Below are positions 57,000-64,000 of a stretch of 64,000 bases of DNA, one piece after another. Numbering within the stretch: position 1 is the stretch's first letter; every line of letters starts with the position of its first letter. The translations under genes and the position numbers were made by a program. Origin of the DNA: the human T2T-CHM13v2.0 reference genome, Homo sapiens; assembly GCF_009914755.1 (NCBI RefSeq), contig NC_060928.1; one strand, written 5' to 3'. A model generated the notes under the pieces. That model was not told where the DNA came from. It ran no database searches and saw only the letters and a program-made list of their open reading frames with translations.

Positions 57000-58745
57000 C
57001 CTCAAGAGGAACTGGCTTCCCCTTCATTCAAGGGGTTTGGGGTCTGTAAACTGGATAAAGTCTGGAAATTGATTGAGGAGCTGTGATTCTCTGTTTTTAT
57101 AATTCAAAATAGTCTTTTGTCCATTCTACCTAGAAGTTTTCTCACTATATAAATTAAGTAGGAATGCAGTAGGCTTCCTATCAATTTCACTTCTAGGAAC
57201 ACTGTGATTAATTAGCCAATGCTAGAGGTCTACACGAGTCAGGCCATTCTGATTGCTGCTTTGTCTCTGCTGTCCATTATGGGAGCTACACCCACCTTGC
57301 CTTTGATGGTTGAGTGCCACCACTTGGCCCCTGCCACCTCAGGATCCAATTATTCCCATTGTATTTACATTTTATAGTTGAGTCACTGTGGTTCCCACTG
57401 TTAGATCTGACATACAGAGAAGAGCAATTACAGGGCTCTTCAAAGATGCAGGTGCTTCCCTCACAAATCTGTTTTGCAAGGCATTGGTCAAGGGTATGTC
57501 TTCTGGACCCTCCCAGTTGGGATGAGTAGGTTTGAAGTGACAAATCTACTCCACCATCCCAATCTCCCTAAGCCTTTGGATCCCTTCCTGTACATTAAAC
57601 CAGGGGAGATCAGGCATTTCCAGCTTGCTCACAGTGGGCCATCTTTAAATACATATTTAGCTAACCAAGCAAATCAACTATTAGAACATTTTTTGACTCA
57701 TCGAGCTGCAACATTAAAAGCAGAGTCCCTACTTAGTGGGCCCAAATCAAGAAATTTAGCCTGATCCAACTCTATGTTTCTTCCATCATTATCCAATACC
57801 CTTAATATGCATTCCCATGCCTGTTCTCCAGATTGCTGTTTATATAAATTAAAGAACTCAAAAAGTTCTTTTTGAGTGTAGAGCATCTCCTCATGGGTTA
57901 CACTCTCAACCTCACCTCTAGGGGCCCACTGGGACTTTAGTCTAGTTATAGGCCTAGAAACAAACAGGGGTGTTGGGGTGGCTCCTGAGGAGAATCATTA
58001 TCTTTCCTGGCAACTGCCTCAGGGGAGGCCATCACTGTTGCCTCAGGCAGCACAGGGTTTATCTCCTCAGACAAAGGTGGAAAGGCTGATGGAAGCATGG
58101 GTTGGGGCAGGAGGGATGTTGCCACTACTGGGGATGGGGAAGTTGTCCCTTCTGGCAACAAAGGTTCATCAGAGTTTACAAACTCAGTGTCCCCAGGTTT
58201 ATCAGGGTCCTCCCACACATCCCCATTCCAAGTTGCAGGGTCCTGTTCTTTTCCAATCAATGCCCTCACTTTAACAGTAGACACCTGGTGAGGCTGTGCA
58301 GGCACCTTTTTTGGCAGGTCAGCCACTCACATGATAAGAGCTTGTGTCTGTTTTTCCACAATTTCAGCTCTTTCTGTTTCGCTCAGGGCAATCTTAGCAG
58401 ATTTGAGGCTCAGTATCTGCTTCTGAAGCCATGGGACAGAATCTCTTAGTTCATCATTTTCTTTCATCAGTTTTTCAACGGAACTTAGGAACAATCAACC
58501 AGCTTCATTATGTTCCTTGGTTCTCCACATATGGTCAAAGGTATTATGTATAGAGTCACTAAGCTCCTTGCCTCTCACAAGCAGTGAGTGAATCAGGGTG
58601 TCAAATGCATTTATTTTGCATAACTCTCTAAACAGTTCATGTCAAGGGCTATCAGTGTTCTCTATGCTATTAGAAGTAGAGTCCTTAGCATTTTTGGGTC
58701 TAATCATATTAAGCAGCCAACTCCAGAAACCCCAAAACCAGTGAA
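57000..58745 (-). pseudogene. HERV-L gag remnant
   Basis: VKVRALIGKEQDPATWNGDVWED and YKQQSGEQAWECILRVLDNDGRNIELDQAKFLDLGPLSRDS are ERV-L gag motifs; fragmented. Confidence 0.88.
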
Positions 58746-58799
58746 AGAACTCCATCCTTAATATTCTATTCCTCTAGAACCATCCCTGGTACCCAAATC

Positions 58800-59208
58800 T
58801 GTATTAGTCAAGGTTCTCTAGAGGGACAGAACTAATAGAAATGGGAGTTTAGTAAGTATTAACTTACACTATCACAAGGTCCCACAATAGGCTGTCTGCA
58901 AGCTGAGGAGCAAGGAGAGCCAGTCAGAGTCCCAAAACTGAAGGACTTGGAGTCTGATGTTGGAGCACAGGAAGCATGCATCATGGGAGAACAATGTAGG
59001 CTTGGAGGCTAGGCCAGTCTCACCTTTTCACGTTTTTCTGCCTGCTTTATATTTGCTGCCAGCTGATTAGATTGTGCCCACCAGATTAAGGGTGGGTTGG
59101 CCGACTCAAATATTAATCTCCTTTGGCAACACCCTCACAGACACACTCAGGATTAATATTTTGTATCCTTCAATCCAATCAAACTGACACCCCATATTAA
59201 CCATCACA
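58800..59208 (-). mobile_element. 5' LTR (MLT2A) of HERV-L
   Basis: Minus strand TGTGATGGTTAATA...GACTAATACA with intact termini, followed by the PBS. Confidence 0.93.
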
Positions 59209-59318
59209 ATAAGCATTCAATAATTGGTAGTTTTTGCTCTTAGTAAATTATTATAGCACCCAGTTTGAAAGTGAACATTTTTTTTATAACTTAATTCTAA
59301 AATTTTGAAGTATAAATA

Positions 59319-59869
59319 CCATTTGACCCGGCCATCCCATTACTGGGTATATACCCAAAGGACTATAAATCATGCTGCTATAAAGACACATGCACACGTA
59401 TGTTTATTGCGGCACTATTCACAATAGCAAAGACTTGGAACCAACCCAAATGTCCAACAATGATAGACTGGATTAAGAAAATGTGGCACATATACACCAT
59501 GGAATACTATGCAGCCATAAAAAATGATGAGTTCATGTCCTTTGTAGGGACATGGATGAAATTGGAAATCATCATTCTCAGTAAACTATCGCAAGAACAA
59601 AAAACCAAACACCGCATATTCTCACTCATAGGTGGGAATTGAACAATGAGATCACATGGACACAGGAAGGGGAATATGACACTCTGGGGACTGTGGTGGG
59701 GTGGGGGGAAAGGGGAGGGATAGCATTGGGAGATATACCTAATGCTAGATGACGAGTTAGTGGGTGCAGCGCACCAGCATGGCACATGTATACATATGTA
59801 ACTAACCTACACAATGTGCACATGTACCCTAAAACATAAAGTATAATTTAAAAAAAAATAGAAAAAAAA
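59319..59869 (+). mobile_element. 5'-truncated young L1 (L1PA2-like)
   Basis: Intact ORF2 C-terminus (MFIAALFTIAKTWNQPKCP...FSLIGGN), GAG rather than ACA at 59754-59756, A tail, perfect TSD AAGTATAAATA (59308-59318, 59870-59880). Confidence 0.92.
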
Positions 59870-60609
59870 AAGTATAAATAAATGTACATAAAAGGCTACC
59901 CTTGGCTCAGCCTCCTTTACTTTGGCTCACATTCTACATTTTAAGCAAGAAGAAAAACAAGAATAGAATATTCTTCTTCATTAACAACTTTACTCTCCTC
60001 TTGGACCTACTGTGATCCAAGATTAAGTGAAAAGAAGAAGGAGAAGGAATTAATGAGATAACCAAAACATAAAGGGTACAGAAGAAGGAGGTTATTTGAG
60101 CTATGAAAGGAGCAGCTATGTTTTCCACCTGCTTACAATAGAGTAACGCCACCCTTAACAAAGAAGATGTAATCTCCCATACTCCATGCCTCATTTTATG
60201 TTACTAGTATTTCTATAACAATAAATGTCTTCAAGAAACTATTTTTACCAGTTATGATTAAAAATACATTTCAAATTATTTTGGAGTCCGGAGAGGTTAA
60301 GTATGTTTCTCCTCTGAGCAAGCAAGCCTTACGTGCAGGCAGGACCTCATGTCAAGGGGCTCAGGGTATTTGCAAGAAAAAAGTAATAATTGCAAGACCA
60401 AATAAATAATAGATATAAAAAATAATAAAAACCATTAGAATCAAGTGGAAACACAAGAAACGCTTGATCCAGGAGACATTAAAATGTAATTTTAATACCT
60501 GAATCAAAATAAACCAAAATGTAAACACAGGTGCAATGAAACAATCCCAATCGGTAAAGAATGGTGAGAATTCATAACAAATACACAAACTATGACTGGA
60601 ACTGTATAC

Positions 60610-63510
60610 TTCCATGCTGCTTATAAGAAACCAAGACTTCAACTATAATGACCCACATAAACTGAAAGCAAAGGAGTGGAAAAAGATATTCCATGCACTA
60701 GAAACTTAAAAAGACCAGGAGTAGCTATACTTTCTATACTTATATCAGATAAAAATAGACTACAAATCAAAGACAGTAAAAACTGACAAAAAATGTCACC
60801 GTGTAATGATAAAGTGGTCAATTTAGCGAGACACTACAACAACTATAAATATCTATGCACTGAACACCAGAGCTCCCATGTATATAAAGCAAATATTAGT
60901 AGATCCAAAGGCAGTGATGGACTGTAATGTAATCATAGTAGCGAACTTCAACACCCCACTCTCAGTAATAGACAAATTATCCAGATAGAAAATCAACAAC
61001 AAAAAAATAAAAGTTAAACTAGACATTAGACTAATAGCCCTAACTGACATATACAGAATGTTTAACCCAGAATACATATTATTTTCAACAGCAAATGGAA
61101 CATTTTCCAGAATAGGCCATTTCTTAGACAACAAAACAAGTCTCAACAAATCCAATACAGTAGAAATCGTATCAAATATCTTTTCTGACCAATATGGAAC
61201 AAAACTAGAAATCAATTGCAAGGGGAACCTTGGAAACTGCACAAACACATGGAAATTAGACAACATGCTCCTGAATGACCAGTGGGTCAAAGAAGAAATT
61301 AAGAAGAAACATTTAAATTTTCTCCAAACAAATGAAAACTGATATATAACATACCCAAGTCTATGGAATACAGCAAAAGCAGCATGAAGAGGAAAGTTTA
61401 TAGCAATAAATGCTTATGTCAAAAAAGTAGAAAAACTTCAAATAAGCAATCTACTGATTTACCTCAAGAAATAGAAAAGCAAGAACAAATTAAACTCAAC
61501 CTTAATAGGAGAAAAGAAATAATAAATATCAGATTGTAAATAAGTAAAATTGAGCTAACAAAACAATACAGAAGTTCACTTAAGTGAAAAGTTGGTATTT
61601 TGAAGAGAGAAACAGAATTGACAGACTTTTGAGCTAGACTAACTAAAAAGAAAACAGAGAAGACCTAAATAAATAAAATCAGAAACAAAAAAGGAGACAT
61701 AACAACTGAGACCACAGAAATACAAAGAATATTTCGAGACTATTACAGACAACTTTATGCCAACAAATTAGAAAACCTATAAGAAATGGATAAATTGGTA
61801 GATGCGTACAGCCTGCCAAAATAGAACCATGAAGAAACAGAAAATGTCAACAAACCTATAGGTAACGAGATTGAAACTGTAATAAAATGTCTCTGATCTA
61901 AGAAAAACCCTCATGGCTTCACTGGTGAATTTTATCAAACATTTAAAGAAAAACCATTACCAATTCTACTAAAAATCTTCAAAAAAAATTGAAGAAAAGG
62001 GAATATATTAAAGCTCATGCTACCAGGCCAGTGTTGCTCTGATACCAAAACCAGACAGAGACACAACAAAAAAGGAAAACTATAGGCCAATATCAGTGAT
62101 GAACAGGGATGCAAAAATTATCAACAAATCCTGGCAAACTCAATTCAACTCCTCATTAAAAAGGTTTTCACTATGATCAAGTGGGATTTCATCCTAGGGA
62201 TGCAAGGATGGCTCAAAATAAGTAAATCAATAAATTACTTATTATATTAACAGAACAATTATCACAATAAATTACATCACATTAACAGAAGCAAGAAAAA
62301 AACCCATATGACAATTTTAATAGATGCCGAAAAAGCTTCCGATAAAATTCAACATATGACAAACCTTCACCAAACTGGGTGTGAAGGAACATACTTTAAA
62401 ATAATAAAAGCGATACATATGATAAACCCATAGTCAACATCATACTGAACAGGGAAAAATTAAAAGCCTTTCCTCTAAGATCTGAAACAGCACAAGAATT
62501 CCTGTTTTTAGCATTTTTATAGAATTATGTTTATTTAACATAATAGTGGAAGTCCTGGCCAGAGCAATTAGGCAAGAGAAAGAAAGAAAAGCGATCCAAA
62601 TTGGCAAAAAAGAAGTCAAGTTCACCTTGTATGCAGACAACATGGTCTCATATTTAGAAATGCCTGAAGACTATCAAAAAACTGTTAGAATTGATGAAGA
62701 AATTTAGTAAAGTTGCAGGACACGAAATTAAGATACATCCCAACTAAAATGACTTGTATCAAAAAGACAGTAAATAACGGATGCTGGCAAGGATGTGGAG
62801 AAAGGGAACCTCATACACTGCTGGTGGAAATATAAATTAGTATAGCCACTATGGAAAACAGTATGGAGGTTTCCAAAACAACTAAAAATAGAGCTACCAT
62901 GTAATACAGCAAATTCCACTGCTGGGTGTATACTCAATATATTGAAGATACATCTGCACTCCCATGTTTACTGAAGCAATATTTGTAATAATCAAAATAT
63001 GAAATCACCCTAAGTGTTCATTAATAGACAAAAAAAGTGGTACATATGTACACACAAGGGATATTATTCATCAATAAAAAAGAATTAACTCCTGTCATTT
63101 CCAGCAACATGGATGGAACTGGAGGTCTTTATATTAAGTAAAAGAGGTCAAGCACAGAAAGATAAATTTTGCATGTTTCCACTCATATATGGGAGCTAAA
63201 AAATATCATGTCTTTGAGATTGAAGTAGATTGGTGACCACAAGTAAGATCAGTAAGGTGACTATGGTTAATATTAATTGATTGTACATTTCCAAATAGCT
63301 AGAAGAGAATAATTTGAATGTTCCTATTATGAAGAAAAGATGAATATTTAAGATGAATATCCCATTTACCTTGATTGGATTATATGAGTGTATTTTATTG
63401 ATACCTATTAGATGTACATATTTTCAGGGTACATGTGAAATTATATTAAACTGTCACATGTAGTCTGAAAATATGTATGTCTACTAGGTATCAACAAAAA
63501 AATTCTTAAT
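60610..63510 (+). mobile_element. Old L1 (L1MA-like): degraded ORF2 EN/RT joined to its 3' end through an internal deletion near 62730
   Basis: EN-like peptide FSTANGTFSRIGHFL; LYADNM near 62630 (FADD-motif position); abrupt jump to the ORF2 C-terminal region and an L1MA-type 3' UTR. Confidence 0.85.
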
Positions 63511-64000
63511 TAATAATTTAAAATCGTGTATTCTAAACCTTGGGATTCATCTTTTACTACACTGGAATATGAATTGACCCAAGAAGTAAGAGCAAACTAA
63601 ACCACTTTTCCAGTGCAAATCTGAATTAGAAATTAATCTATTTTCTTAATTTGATGGATTGGTCAATTATTCCTCTGCTTTCCGATTTAGCCTAAAGTAT
63701 ATACTATGATTCTCAAACTTTCCCTAAAATGGGAATTAGCAATGTCTGGATTTCAAATTACTCTCCTGAAAGTCTGCATAAAACTTTAAAATGTATTTTA
63801 AACATTCTTTCAACACTGAAGTAATTAACTAAAGATAGCTAGTCAGGAAATTAAATGTCAAAGAAAACCAAATAATCAGAGAAGGTGCTGTCTGTTATAT
63901 CCTCATGATAATTTGCAATGTAAATAAATGCAAAATATGATTCTGTAACCTACAAAAAGCACTGTGATAATATGGGCAACAGCTCTGACTTAGTTTGATC

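Larger units (their letters stand above)
53177..58799 (-). mobile_element. HERV-L internal region (gag-pro-pol-dUTPase, no env), multiply disrupted
   Basis: ORF fragments in the expected order; PBS-like GGTACCAGGGATGGTTCT next to the 5' LTR. Confidence 0.95.

Noticed and set aside
53177-58799. Domesticated or intact HERV-L gag/pol protein
   Set aside because: Longest fragment is 170 aa, RT YIDD is changed to YIED, an integrase zinc-finger Cys is lost, and frameshifts are frequent

Overview
Human (primate) genomic DNA, AT-rich and repeat-dense. The only host gene is ARSJ (arylsulfatase J) on the minus strand. Its last coding exon spans 32347 to 30946, its 3' UTR runs to about 29.8 or 29.0 kb, and everything above 32348 is its long upstream intron; exon 1 lies outside the window. 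The rest is transposon-derived: an LTR-internal-LTR MER31/MER67-like ERV1 (1001-7952), a near full-length MLT2A/HERV-L provirus in the intron in the same orientation as ARSJ (~52700-59208), three THE1 solo LTRs, 11 Alus including a young AluYb8, an L1PA2-type 3' fragment, older L1/L2/MIR pieces and microsatellites. I see no prokaryotic-type system and no new protein family. The best leads are: (1) a 96-nt intron-like segment across the ARSJ stop codon that would swap the C-terminus; (2) the sense HERV-L, whose 5' LTR keeps DUX4-type motifs but has lost AATAAA while the 3' LTR keeps it; (3) a 5'-end-only L1 fragment with apparent TSDs ending at the L1 +97 splice donor; (4) a palindromic 36-bp tandem repeat and a half-MADE1 in the putative distal 3' UTR. 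Repeat subfamily names come from recalled consensus features and need RepeatMasker/Dfam confirmation.
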